63,753 nucleotides of DNA, filler included, from Octopus bimaculoides (GCF_001194135.2; 8 parts of 7 records of this genome joined end to end with filler, not necessarily neighbours in it); one strand, 5' to 3'. Counted from the first letter of the whole stretch, positions 27,147-39,154 are shown. Notes: generated from the sequence alone by a model not told the origin. Program-made: numbers and translations.

Positions 27147-27834
27147 TAGAGAACTGCGTTAGCAGCTTGGTACGAAACAATCCATCAACCTATGACTTCG
27201 CCACAATTTACTCAGCATAGAAAGTGCAAGAGGTAAAAAAAAAAATCAATGTATTCATATCTGCTATTAGTTCTTGCGATACATTTCTGTCGTCTGCCAA
27301 ATGCTATTGTCACTTTATGTCAACGTATATTACTCCTGCCTTAGAGTGTGTGTGTGTGTGTATGTATGAATGTATGTATGTATGTGTGTGTTTGTGTGTG
27401 TGTACGATTTGTTTATGAATAAATTCATGTGACTGCGTAAATATGTGCATGTCACATAAGCGTTATGGATAAGATTTGTGTTTGTGTGTGTATGAATATT
27501 GTGCTTTCAGTGACAGTGCGAAAGTTAGACTGACACTTGAGTGTGACTGAGTCTATGATTATGTGTTTGATAACATACGTCTATCTTCAAGTGTTTGTAT
27601 ATATTGATACATTAGCAACAATAAATCTTTGTGTAAAGGGCGTGCATTTATGAGTGCAACCGCTAATGATTATATGGTTGCGTGTTTCATCGAGTGATTA
27701 TTCGTGTTTTGAGTGACAATCTAGATCTATGTAAATATGTAAGAAAGAAAATTGACTATGCCTCTGAGAAAATATGTAAATGTAAGATGGAGTGCGTTTT
27801 ACTGGTGAACTGTACGCTTTTCTGTGCGCGTGTT

Positions 27835-27867
<33 letters not shown>

Positions 27868-27997
27868 AGAAGAGGGAGAGAGACAGAGGGAGAGAGACAG
27901 AGGGAGAGAGAGAGATACAGGGAGAGAAGAAGGGAAACAAGAAATGTGTGTGTGCAGTGGATATGATAGGATATCTTTGAAATATTGTTCACACTTA

Positions 27998-29239
27998 CAG
28001 GGGTTGGACAAAATAATGGAAGCACCTTAAAATTTCAAACAAATTTATTTTAATATGGGGTAGAACCGCCTTTGGCAGTAATTACAGCTTGAATTCTACG
28101 AGGTATGGACTCGTACAAAGTTTGAATTGTTTCCAAAGGAATTTTTGTCCATTTTTCAGCTAAAATAATCTCCCGTTCTTGTAGTGGTGATGGTGTAGGA
28201 TATCGACTTCTTACTTGTTTTTCTAAAATGCCCCATAAATGTTCAATAATATTGAGATCTGGGGACTGTGGTGGTCAGATAAGATGTTCAACTTCACTCG
28301 TGCCATTCAGTAACAACTTTAGCTGTGTTAATTGGTGCATTATCACCCTGAAAGATTGCTTTTCCCCCCGGAAACAGTTCCGCAATCATAGGATAAAGTT
28401 GATCGGATAAAATGCTTAAATAGTCTTGACTATAATTCTGCCACGAAGGGAGACCATTGGGCTGGCGGATTTCCAAGATATAGCCCCTCCAGATCATCAC
28501 AGATCCTCCTCCATGTTTAACAGTTGGAAGAAGGCAGTCTGGGTCAAATGCTTCTTTTGGCTGTCTCCATACATATACTCGTCCGGTGGTCGGAAATAAG
28601 GGAAAGGATGACTCGTCCGAGAAAATAACATTCTTCCACTGCTCTAGGGACCAATTCTGTAGGTTTTTACTCCACTCTAAATACTTTGCAACGTTTGTTT
28701 TTGAAAGTAGTGGTTTTCTGATTGCAGCCATCCCGTGAAATCCGGCTTTGTGCAGCTCCTGGCGAACAGTTCTTGTGGAAACTGGGTTCTCAAGGTGGTC
28801 ATTAAGCTCTGCAGTATTTTGGGAGCTGTACTTTGTGATCCTTTCTAACAATTCGCGTAAGAGTCAGACGTTCCCTATTTGGAAGTTTTGGTTTTCTTCC
28901 GGAGTTTTGTTTTGACGAGGAGATTTTTCCTCTTTCTTAAAAGATGTCATAACTTTCGAGACAGTACTTCTTGACACATTAAACATATCGGCTGTTTTCG
29001 TTACGAGCACTAAGAATTTGACCTCCTTGAAAGTCCGATACATTTGTCATTTTAATGAATTTTAATCACCTTTTTCTGGTGATATCTGAAAAGAAACAAA
29101 AATTTTAGCAAAGCATATTAAGCAACGCTAATAATAAATCAAAACACATAAATATAAACAAGCTGCTGACGGGTTTAGAGATATTTCGAAATTATGATGC
29201 TATGATGCTAGGTGTTTCCATTATTCTGTCCAACCCCTG
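27998..29239 (-). mobile_element. Tc1-family (DD34E) DNA transposon, near full length, with decayed transposase
   Basis: 30-bp TIRs (CAGGGGTTGGACAAAATAATGGAAGCACCT, 2 mismatches), TA flanks. Transposase motifs VIFSDES, TVKHGGGSVMIWG, DNAP, PPQSPDLNIIEHLW, with frameshifts and a stop. Confidence 0.93.
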
Positions 29240-29359
29240 TACTTTCTTTTATTTCGACCGAAGTTAAAATCAAGGAATTAATTTTTTGATATTTGTGATA
29301 TTTTCTGATCCAAGGCAAATGCACTTGTACACACACACTCAAACACACACACATACACA

Positions 29360-29418
<59 letters not shown>

Positions 29419-29423
29419 ATATA

Positions 29424-29672
29424 TTAGGTCATCCCATAAATAATGCGGTTTTTTCAACTGCATGAACCAAAAGTCGGAAGGGGACGGGATAAACTATCTG
29501 CATCAACTTGCTATAAAAGCAGGTAGTAATTTTACCTCGTACTTATTCTTAGTGCAAGTTTTGAAGAGTGCAGTTCGATTTTAACAGTTACTTTTTCAAA
29601 GCTATAATGGAAATGACAAAGAGCATATTCGGTATATTTTGCTTTATGAGTTCAATAAAGACAACAACGCAA
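29424..29672 (+). mobile_element. 5' fragment of a mariner (Hsmar1-like) element
   Basis: TTAGGTCATCCCATAAATAATGCGGTTTT TIR-like start after TA. Frameshifted MEMT.EHIRYILLYEFNKDNNA transposase N-terminus. Confidence 0.65.
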
Positions 29673-29869
29673 AGGTCTTGTGCCAATATATATATATTTA
29701 ACAGTACTTAGCGTTGCCGTGGCTAAAGTTGTTAAAGGCGAATTGAAAGCGGCGGAATTGTGTACAATTTCGTAGTCACTGGTTTACAATCTAAAAAATA
29801 CCGGAGCCGCTCCAGCGCGAGTTTCTGAACAGCCTAGAGACATCTTGTGCGCTTACAAGAGAGTAAGTC

Positions 29870-30460
29870 GGCGAGCTGGCCGAATCGTTAGCACGCCGAG
29901 AAAAATGCTTAGCTGCATTTCGTCCATCTTTACATTCTAAGTTAAAATTCCGCCAAGGTCGACTTTGTCTTTCATCGTTTTGGGGTCGATAAAATAAGTG
30001 CCAGTCAAGCACTGGGGTCGATGTTATAGACTTTACCGTTCCTCCGAAATTCCTAGCCTTGTGCCAAAATCAGTATTATATGGTTGCAAGGCGATGTGTT
30101 GGCAAGATCGTTAGTATTTAGCAGCAGTTGGCCCGTGTTCACGTTCTGAGTTCAAATTCCGCCGAGATCGACACTGCCTTTCATCCTTTAGAGAATCGAT
30201 AAAGTAAGTACTAGTTGAGTACTGGGGTCGAGGTAATCGACTTATTCTCTCTCCCGAATTTGCTGGTCTTGTGCCAAAATTTGAAATCAATATTTACGCA
30301 ACAGAGCTCTTAATATTTACATTACATATTCCGCTGAGGTCGACTTTACCTTTCATCCTTCCGGGATCGATAAAATAAGTAGCAGTTGGGTTCTGGGATC
30401 GATGTAGTCAACTTAGATTCCTCCCACTAAATTGCTGACTTTGTGCCAAAATTTAAAACC
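29870..30460 (+). mobile_element. Three tandem SINE family A copies
   Basis: Family A bodies at ~29870-30070, ~30090-30290 and ~30320-30460, all in the same orientation. Confidence 0.8.
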
Positions 30461-30769
30461 AATATTTATCGGAGTGTGGATGCCTGTCTAATTGGGCAAG
30501 TTTCCTACGTCTGACAGAGTTTCGAGTTCGGCACCCATCATAACCTTTATACGTCTTTGTTTCCAAAAATGTTTCAGATCTCTATGTTTTAGACAACGAA
30601 GATCATTATTCTGTAAATACAAAATATTTTCCAAAATTGTAATTTTTTCATATTCAAGTCCCATTTCTCCGTTTCGAAGTACTCAACCTGCCGTTATGTT
30701 TTCAGTTACAACTTTTTCAGAATTATGTTTTGAAGAGAGAAGATTGCGATTCTAAGACTATAGATTAGG

Positions 30770-30900
30770 GTTAATGTTTGAGGATTAGATTAATAGTATG
30801 AAGTTAGAACTAGGGTTAGAGTTTAGTATTTAGCCTTTAGGTAGAAATTTAGGGTTAAAATTGAGGGTTAAGGTCTGAAAGGTTTGAAATGGGTCAGGTT
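30770..30900. repeat. Degenerate TTAGGG-like repeat tract (duplicated at 31383-31500)
   Basis: TTAGGGTT, CTAGGGTTAG, TTTAGGGTTAA and TGAGGGTTAAG units with irregular spacing. Confidence 0.5.
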
Positions 30901-31043
30901 TTGTGATTAAAGAGGAGTGAGGAAAATGGTTTTTTTCCTTCGCAAAATCCAGAGAAACTTTGTTTTAAAAAATCAAGTGGCATACTTAGTCCGAAACATC
31001 GTTGCCTTTATCCTTAATCATTATTCTTTTATTCTTTTACTCG

Positions 31044-31187
31044 GCGAGCTGGCAGAAACGTTAGCACGTCAAGCGAAATGCTTAGCGGTATTTCGTCTGC
31101 CACTGCGTTCTGAGTTCAAATTCCGCCGAGGTCGACTTTGCCTTTCATCCTTTCGGGGTCGATAAATTAAGTACCAGTTACGCAAAG
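31044..31187 (+). mobile_element. Young SINE family A copy, truncated by a gap
   Basis: Closest to the window's own family A consensus: GCGAGCTGGCAGAAACGTTAGCACG...GTTCAAATTCCGCCGAGGTCGACTTTGCCTTTCATCCTTTCGGGGTCGATAAATTAAGTACCAG. Confidence 0.85.
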
Positions 31188-31624
31188 NNNNNNNNNNNNN
31201 NNNNNNNNNNNNNNNNNNNNNNNNNNNNNNNNNNNNNNNNNNNNNNNNNNNNNNNNNNNNNNNNNNNNNNNNNNNNNNNNNNNNNNNNNNNNNNNNNNNN
31301 NNNNNNNNNNNNNNNNNNNNNNNNNNNNNNNNNNNNNNNNNNNNNNNNNNNNNNNNNNNNNNNNNNNNNNNNNNNNNNNNNNTAGATTAATAGTATGAAG
31401 TTAGAACTAGGGTTAGAGTTTAGTATTTAGCCTTTAGGTAGAAATTTAGGGTTAAAATTGAGGGTTAAGGTCTGAAAGGTTTGAAATGGGTCAGGTTTTG
31501 TGATTAAAGAGGAGTGAGGAAAATGGTTTTTTTCCTTCGCAAAATCCAGAGAAACTTTGTTTTAAAAAATCAAGTGGCATACTTAGTCCGAAACATCGTT
31601 GCCTTTATCCTTAATCATTATTCT

Positions 31625-32047
31625 TTTATTCTTTTACTCGTTTCATTCATTTGACAGCAGCCGTGCTACAACAATGCCTTGAAGGGTTTTTGTCGAATAA
31701 ATCGACCCCCCCCATCACTTATTTTTAAAGCCTTGTACTTATTCTACCGGTCTGTTTTGCCGAACTGCTAAGTTACAGGGATGTAAAGACAAACACCGGT
31801 TGTCAACTGGACATGCCCATACACCTGCCCACACTCACACGCATATATGCTATAGCCTCGGGCCGACTAAAGCCTTGTGAGTAGATTTGGTAGATGGAAA
31901 CTGAAAGAAGCCCGTCGTGTGGCTGTGTGGTGAGTACCTTACTTACCAACCACATGGTTCCGGGTTCAGTCCTTCTGCATGGTACCTTGGGCAAGTGTCT
32001 TCAACTATAGCCTCGGGCCGACTAAAGCCTTGTGAGTAGATTTGGTA
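31625..32047. mobile_element. SINE family B cluster (minus-strand tail half, then tandem plus-strand head segments)
   Basis: Tail and body on the minus strand at 31625-31810. CTATAGCCTCGGGCCGACTAAAGCCTTGTGAG occurs twice, about 154 bp apart. Confidence 0.75.
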
Positions 32048-32147
32048 NNNNNNNNNNNNNNNNNNNNNNNNNNNNNNNNNNNNNNNNNNNNTTAATTAAT
32101 TAANNNNNNNNNNNNNNNNNNNNNNNNNNNNNNNNNNNNNNNNNNNN

Positions 32148-32527
32148 ATCGTTGCCAGTGCCCCTGGACTGGTTCTTGTGCGGGTGGCACATGAGATGCA
32201 CCATTTTGAGCGTGGCCGTTGCCAGTACCGCCTGACTGGCTCCTGTAGGATTTTCGAGCGAGATCGTTGCCAGTGCCCCTGGACTGGCTTGTGCGGGTGG
32301 CACATAAAAGACACCATTTCGAGCGTGGCCGTTTTCGTGCGGGTGACACGTAAAAGCACCCACTACACTCTCTGAGTGGTTGGCGTTAGGAAGGGCATCC
32401 AGCTGTAGAAACTCTGCCAAATCAGACTGGAGCCTGGTGTTGCCATCCGGTTTCACCAGTCCTCAGTCAAATCGTCCAACCCATGCTAGCATGGAAAGCG
32501 GACGTTAAACGATGATGATGATGATGA
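32148..32527 (+). mobile_element. SINE family C with internal tandem modules and a (GAT)n tail
   Basis: GGCGTTAGGAAGGGCATCCAGCTGTAGAAAC...GGACGTTAAAC(GAT)n. Homologues at 48362-48650(-), 49225-49340(-), 50720-50977(-) and 62630-62848(+). Confidence 0.85.
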
Positions 32528-33769
32528 CTCCTTCACTGGTCCTTCCACAAAGTCTTCTTACTAATATTATATTCTATGATTTAGCAGAATAACAACATCA
32601 ACAAGAATATATCCCTTATCCTAAAACTGTTCAGTGTATTTCTGATTCCTCTATTAATCCTATTCATATCATGTATGTATCCTTCCCACAAATACTGACT
32701 ACTCTATGATTATTATTTCAAATCTGGTCCCATTTAAATGAACTTCTTCTTCCAACAGGATTGCTCTTTTTCCACAGCCATTCTTGAACTCAGACATCAG
32801 AAAACTGCCTCATGAATTTGAACAATAACTTTGTTTGAAAAAAACAATATATGTAAAACTTTGGACCCCTGCATATTATGCTTCTATTATTTATTGTCTT
32901 AATTTAATACATTTATTTGGCTTTATTTATAACATCTGTATTTGATTATTATTTCTCCTTACTCATACATATGCGTAAGCAGTAGAAGATATATCTTCTA
33001 ATATTCATAAACATTCATTTTCCATTGAGTCCCAACTCACTTTTCATCCAATGATTGAATTAACTGCCACTAAAATACTGGTTGCAGGGAATTGCACGAA
33101 CTGTAAGGGTTTATTTACACACCTTCTTTATTTTTCATCATCATCATCATGTCCAGAATCATGTCGGATGTAGAGAAGGAGAGAAAATAGTAATTCAGTG
33201 AAGGAGAAGTAGTGAGAGTAATTGCCCTGACTGAGAAGGAGTGAGAGAAAGTAATAGAAATGAGAGAAAGGAAGAGGTGTAAAAAAAATCAGCGTTTCAA
33301 CTGTGTGAGTACATGTGTGTATGTGTGTGCATTACAAGGGAACTATGTGAATGTTTGTATGTGTGATTGTTATGTACCTTATTTATATATAAAATACTAC
33401 AGTTAGCCATCATTATTGATGACACGTGGTCAGCTAGTGTGTATATAAGTGAAATGGTAGACAATGTTGGATAAGGTGAGTGAGAAAGTAAGTTTGTGAA
33501 AGTGTAAAAGGAGAGGAGAAAGCAGTGGAAGGAGAGGGTATTAGAAAGATATGTTGTGCATGTGTGTGTGGTGGTGGAGGGGGTGGATTTGTCAAGGACA
33601 CATTATGTGGAAATAGGTTTGCAAGAGTGTGAAAGGTGAGTAGGAGACAGAGGGGAGGGGAATGCAGTAGATGGGGGACATGGGTGGAGGCAGGGACTTT
33701 AGGAAAATTAATTGTGGGGGAGAAATCTGTCAGGAACATATTCTATGCAATATATGTATCTATACAAAG

Positions 33770-34120
33770 GCAGTGAGCTGGCAGAACCGTTAGCAGACCA
33801 GATGAAATGCTTAGCGGTATTTTGTCTGTTTTTAAGTTCTGAGTTCAAATTATGCCGAGATCAACTTTGCCTTTCATCCTTTTGAGGTCGGTAAATTAAG
33901 TACCAGTTGCGTACTGGGGTCAATCTAATCGACTGGGCCCCCTGCCCCCAAAATTTCGGGCCTTGTGTCTAGAGTAGAAAAGATTATTTTTCATTAAAGG
34001 CAGCAAGCTGGCAGAATCGTTATCACGCTGGATGAAATGCTTAGTGGTATTTCTTCTGTCTAATCGATTGCCCCCCCCCCCAAAAAAAAATTTCAGGCCT
34101 TGTGCCTAGAATAGAAAAGA
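33770..34120 (+). mobile_element. Head-to-tail pair of SINE family A copies (second internally deleted)
   Basis: GGCAGTGAGCTGGCAGAACCG... at ~33770 and GGCAGCAAGCTGGCAGAATCG... at ~34000. Confidence 0.8.
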
Positions 34121-34547
34121 ACATATGTGTATTATATGTGTGTGTGTGTATCTATATATCATGAGATCACAATGTCAACCAGAATATCTGGTGTTGTTAT
34201 GCACCACTACACACAATGCACTTCTTTGCATTGTTGTGGTTTTCAAACGATGCCACACNNNNNNNNNNNNNNNNNNNNNNNNNNNNNNNNNNNNNNNNNN
34301 NNNNNNNNNNNNNNNNNNNNNNNNNNNNNNNNNNNNNNNNNNNNNNNNNNNNNNNNNNNNNNNNNNNNNNNNNNNNNNNNNNNNNNNNNNNNNNNNNNNN
34401 NNNNNNNNNNNNNNNNNNNNNNNNNNNNNNNNNNNNNNNNNNNNNNNNNNNNNNNNNNNNNNNNNNNNNNNNNNNNNNNNNNNNNNNNNNNNNNNNNNNN
34501 NNNNNNNNNNNNNNNNNNNNNNNNTATATATATATATATATATATAT

Positions 34548-34800
34548 CAGGGGACACCAAACTATGGCTCGCGAGCCAGATCTAGTATCTGCATTTGCCT
34601 CCGGTATGGCATCAGTGTTTGGAACAACTTATGTCTATGAGCAAACATTTTCAAAAATGAAGAATGTGAAGTCAGCACATTGAACGAGGTTGACTGAGGA
34701 ACATTTGAAATCAATTCCCTTGGTTGGATTCAGCAACTCCAAAGCAAATATTGATGATATCTTCAAAAGCTAAACACCAGTTTCAGAAATCTCACTAAAC
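34548..34800 (+). mobile_element. Internally deleted hAT (Charlie/SPIN-like) element
   Basis: CAGGGGACACCAAACTATGGCTCGCGAGCC terminus joined to the transposase C-terminal dimerisation motif MASVFGTTYVYEQTFSKMKNVKS...RLTEEHL. Confidence 0.75.
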
Positions 34801-35204
34801 TCTTTTTGCTGCTTAGTTTGTGAGATTCAGATATGTGAGCACTCGGTGTTGTAACTATCTTATTTCTAACATCACCTTCTTTGATAACTTTTCGGTAAAT
34901 AAATATATTGGTTGTCTTTATTTTATTGTGTATTCACTGTATTGTATTGATCAAAATGGTTATGCGGCCCATACTCATTATTTTAACGTCCACTTTCCAT
35001 GTTGGCATAGGCTGGATGGTTCAACAGAGGGCTGGCAAGCCAGAAGGCTGCACCAGGCTCTGCTTAAAAATACTGCTCTCCTTCATTGCAGCTGATGGAA
35101 TTCAAGCATCTTCCATTCATAAAAGTCAGAAAATATACATAAAAATAATTGACATCATTAAAATATTGGAATATAGTTTTGATATAGATGAGAAATAACC
35201 ATAA

Positions 35205-35600
35205 GTGCAGGAGTGGTTGTATGGTAAGAAGCTTGCTTCCCAACCACAAGGTCCAGAGTTTGGTCCCACTGCATGACACCTTGAGCAAGTGTCTTCTACT
35301 ATAACCTCAGGCTGACCAAAGCCTTGTAAGTGGATGTAGTAGAAAGAAAGTGAAAGAAGACCGTTGTATATAGGTATATATACATATATCTACATGCATG
35401 TGTGTCTTTATGTCTGTGTTTGTTCCCTCTACACTGCTTGATAGCTGGTGCTGGTGTGTTTGTGTCCCTGTAACTTAGCAGTTTGGCTGAAGGGACTGAT
35501 AGAATAAGTAATAGGCTTTTAAAAAAAAACAAGTACTGGCACCAATACATTCAACTAAAAATTCTTCAAGGTGTGCCCCAGAATGGCTGCAGGAGTAAAA
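35205..35600 (+). mobile_element. Full-length degenerate SINE family B, downstream of the CDA stop
   Basis: GGAGTGGTTGTATGGTAAG head, CACCTTGAGCAAGTGTCTT CORE-like segment, body and tail. Confidence 0.8.
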
Positions 35601-35747
35601 GATAAAAGTAATTCTTTTAAATTCAATGCATTTTTGCTGCAGAAACATCACTGTGTAGAGATGAGAAGACATCTTAATGTAATTGGAGATGAATTATGAA
35701 AATAGACAAACAGCACCAACAAATATAGGAAAAATTTTTTAAAGACC

Positions 35748-35784
35748 TTTATTTTAAAACAAAATAATTAATCGTTGTTTTATT
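35748..35784 (-). terminator. Candidate polyadenylation signals of CDA
   Basis: Two AATAAA hexamers on the minus strand (35784-35779 and 35753-35748), about 75-110 nt after the stop. The context is AT-rich, so chance occurrence is possible. Confidence 0.45.
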
Positions 35785-35856
35785 ATACATTATAATGGTG
35801 AATTTACTAAAGTAGATGAAGAATATCCATTGCACATTTGAAATGCTGCAACTGAA

Positions 35857-35964
35857 TTATTTCAAGTGTGACGGTTTAAATGCCACAGGAAGTAATTGAC
35901 TAACAGTCATTTTCTCAAAGCTACCATCGTTGCTTGTTAAGTACACATCCCAGTCGGTACCAAA
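35857..35964 (-). CDS. CDA: Cytidine deaminase terminal exon 5 (FGTDWDVYLTSNDGSFEKMTVSQLLPVAFKPSHLK*)
   Basis: Matches the CDA C-terminus (FG..W.VY.T...G......V.ELLP..F). Polypyrimidine/TATAG acceptor, TAA stop at 35859-35857. Confidence 0.95.
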   Translation of the reverse strand, partial: FGTDWDVYLTSNDGSFEKMTVSQLLPVAFKPSHLK

Positions 35965-36389
35965 CTATATAGAAAAAAAGTAAAACAGTTCAAAAGTATT
36001 AGATTTGCAATAAGATAACAAAATTTAAATGGTTTACAATTCCAGTTAAAACACATCTTAGAATGATTTAACCATTTAGTATTTAAACTGACAATATCTG
36101 GCCCAAATATTGTATCTGTTTTATATTCAAAATGAACAGATCTGGCCTCTCAAACCTACCCTACAATGTCATTGTGAAAGTAAACAACCACATAACTGAA
36201 ATCTTGAAGTTACAAGATATTGCATGATTAATTGAAAACAATTTGAATGAATAAGATTTACATTTGATGGAGTGAAGTAACTTGAATGCCAAATGGGTTC
36301 ATGGGATCAAAAGACAGGTGAATTAACATTTACCTGTGATCATTTAGACGGGGAGATTCAAAAGTATAGATGCAAAGGATATTACTTAC

Positions 36390-36444
36390 CTCAACCATAA
36401 ATTGTCGACAAATACCACAGGGTGCTATTTTATCTTTTTCGTCA
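36390..36444 (-). CDS. CDA: Cytidine deaminase exon 4 (SDEKDKIAPCGICRQFMVE)
   Basis: PCGxCRQ zinc-binding motif. TTTCAG acceptor and GAG|GTAAGT donor; 55 nt, phases compatible with both neighbours. Confidence 0.96.
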
Positions 36445-36660
36445 CTGAAAGCATAAAGGCAACATTTTGTCATCTAAGTAAAACGCCATAAATTTTTTGG
36501 AGATGAGTATTGCTCATTAAATTGACTGTAGAATAATAGTAGTATTCAATGTTGTGACCTTAGACAAACAAAAGTTGAAATTTGAACTCATACAACAGAT
36601 AAATAAAATTGTAATTTAACATTCATCAGAACATTTTATTAGCATTCTTATTAAATTATA

Positions 36661-37174
36661 CAGGGTGGCCCAAAAGTAGGTTCACAGTCATTCAACTATC
36701 ACTTTTGCATTCGTATATTAACAGTTTAGATCTTAATCATAAAAAAATATGAAACCATTATTCTATAGAGTAAAGATTGTTTGCCAACATAACATGGCAG
36801 CCCTGGTTTGCTGTAATTAGCCCCAGGAGACATCGTCTCTAGCTGATTATATGATATGGTCTGTGTCTTCATATTTTCAAACAAGGACACAGATTGTGTC
36901 GTATAACCAGCTGGAGACGATGTCTCCTGGGGCTAAATTACAGCAACATTCGTCCTAAACCAGGACTGCCATGTTATGTTGGCAAACAATCTTTACTCCA
37001 AAGTACTGTTGCTGAATATCTCCCGTTGTGAGATTTAAGAATAGTAATTTTCTAATTTATTATTCTATGATAATTTAGTTAATTGTATGATAGCAATTTA
37101 AATGTAATAAAATGTTTTAAAAGAAATTTCAAGTGCTTATGTGATAACCGTAAACCTACTTTTGGGTCACCCTG
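36661..37174. mobile_element. Tc1/mariner-type MITE with a nested internal inverted repeat, in CDA intron 3
   Basis: 28-bp TIRs CAGGGTGGCCCAAAAGTAGGTTCACAGT (3 mismatches), TA flanks. Internal arms at 36768-36851 and 36902-36998. Confidence 0.88.
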
Positions 37175-37244
37175 TACTAATCAACTGGAGTTGCAAACAA
37201 TAACCTCTGCAATCAAATCTTCTAAACATTGAGAAATATTGATT

Positions 37245-37330
37245 TCAAATTTTGGCACAAGGCCAGCAAGTTTGGGGCAGGGACAAGTTGAATATGTTGA
37301 CCCCAGTGTTCAACTGGTACTTATTTTATC
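37245..37330 (-). mobile_element. SINE family A 3' part, in CDA intron 3
   Basis: TTTCAAATTTTGGCACAAGGCCAGCAA...GACCCCAGTG.TCAACTGGTACTTATTTTATC. Confidence 0.75.
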
Positions 37331-38729
37331 AAGCTTTTAACATTAGAGATATTAATGTGTGTTGGGTGGCCATGCTTACACTGTAAAACCAGAAAGAAAA
37401 ATGGCCCAATCAGGCTCAAACTTCAATCACATGACCACAATAGTACTGACTATAAGCATGCATTTGCAGAAGGCAGTGAGACAATAATAAAGATATGGTA
37501 TGACGAAAGTGCAGATAATTTTTGACTTCTCCTTGTTCATATATATAAATATGTCTATAGCACTTAATCAGTTTAGAGAGCAAAAATATCATTCATAAAA
37601 AACACACATGTTCAGGATTTCATAGCTTGAATATTAAATTTATTTCAGATTTCTCAAGCTAGTCATGTCAATACAGATGGATTAACAACTCCATATGAGA
37701 TAACAGATTGCTATTTGAGTATATGCGACTTGAAAAAGACAACCATCGAGGGGAGATAATTCCTTGAACGGTAAACAGACTCTTAAAAGAGCAGATACTT
37801 CATACACTCGTATAGGAAATACAAAGAAAAGACAAACAGTGGGAAGGTAATGGAAATTACAGAAGAAACTAAGATTTAGTGGAGTTATCAGTGTTTAGGC
37901 ATTTGTACATTCAGGTGGTGTATAAATAGTTGAGATTAATGGATACAGCACAGCATGGAGAAGGAATAATTTTAGTGACTGGAATGTGTTCACAAGATGT
38001 TCTATAAGCTCACTTGAAATAGCATTATTTTTTGAAGAACCTACAAACCTCCAGGGACTATAAACACCAAGAGTGAAATGTTCTCATCTTGTCCACACTT
38101 TACAAAGTATATTTTAGTAGGAATTAATGATAGACCACCATACAGACAGACAACAACCCATTCATTTAATTGTGATTCAGTGAATATATTTCCCATGTGC
38201 CATCATGTCTGTAGCAATATATATATATATATATATATATGTAACACCCAAAACTGTTTATACACCCCCACATGGTTGTGCAAATGCCTAAACATTGATA
38301 ATCCTCTTATATATCAACTTCTATCATTCCAATAAGCTTTCCACTGTGTTTTTCCTTTTATTATATACTCCAAAGAAAAAAATCTCTCTGGTGTACCAAC
38401 TGTACAGGACTGTATCTCTAACAGATCCTCAAGCTTTTAACATCACAGATATTAATGCATGTTGAATTTTCATTATTTGGCCAGAAGTCAGGTTTGACAA
38501 AAGATACTGATAGAATAAGTACCAGGTTAAAAGGAGTACTGGGGGTGGGGTCCATTCATTCAACTAAAAGTTCAAGGCAGTAACCAAACTGACTAAAAAA
38601 TCAGATCAACTGGAACCTTTGTCGTCGTAACCAATGAAAGTGCCAGGTAAGGGAGAAAAAGCTGTGTACAGAAGGCAGTTTCAAGAAGGAAAGGTTCAAA
38701 CTGTAGCATAACTTATATAAGAAAAATTA

Positions 38730-38846
<117 letters not shown>

Positions 38847-39154
38847 TTATTGAAAAACAAAAATTCAAATTCAAATATGAATGTACTGCTGCTGCCATCT
38901 TAAATTCATTTTGAGACAATCACACATATACATGCAAACAATGATACATATATTTTTGCTATCATGCAAAAGTGTCATAAGTCCAAAAACGTTGCTTTTT
39001 CAGAAAACAGAAAATAGTTTCACCATTCCATAGCAAAACCTTTGTACTACACTTTGACACTTTTTAATATCTTGGCATCAGAAGCAGCTGGAGATACGAT
39101 AGTTTTACCAAAAGAACTGGTTATTGCAAGCAAAAATAAATATTCCAAAAACCA

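Noticed and set aside
30770-30900. Interstitial telomere or chromosome-fusion site
   Set aside because: Units are few, degenerate and irregularly spaced; more consistent with part of an interspersed repeat.
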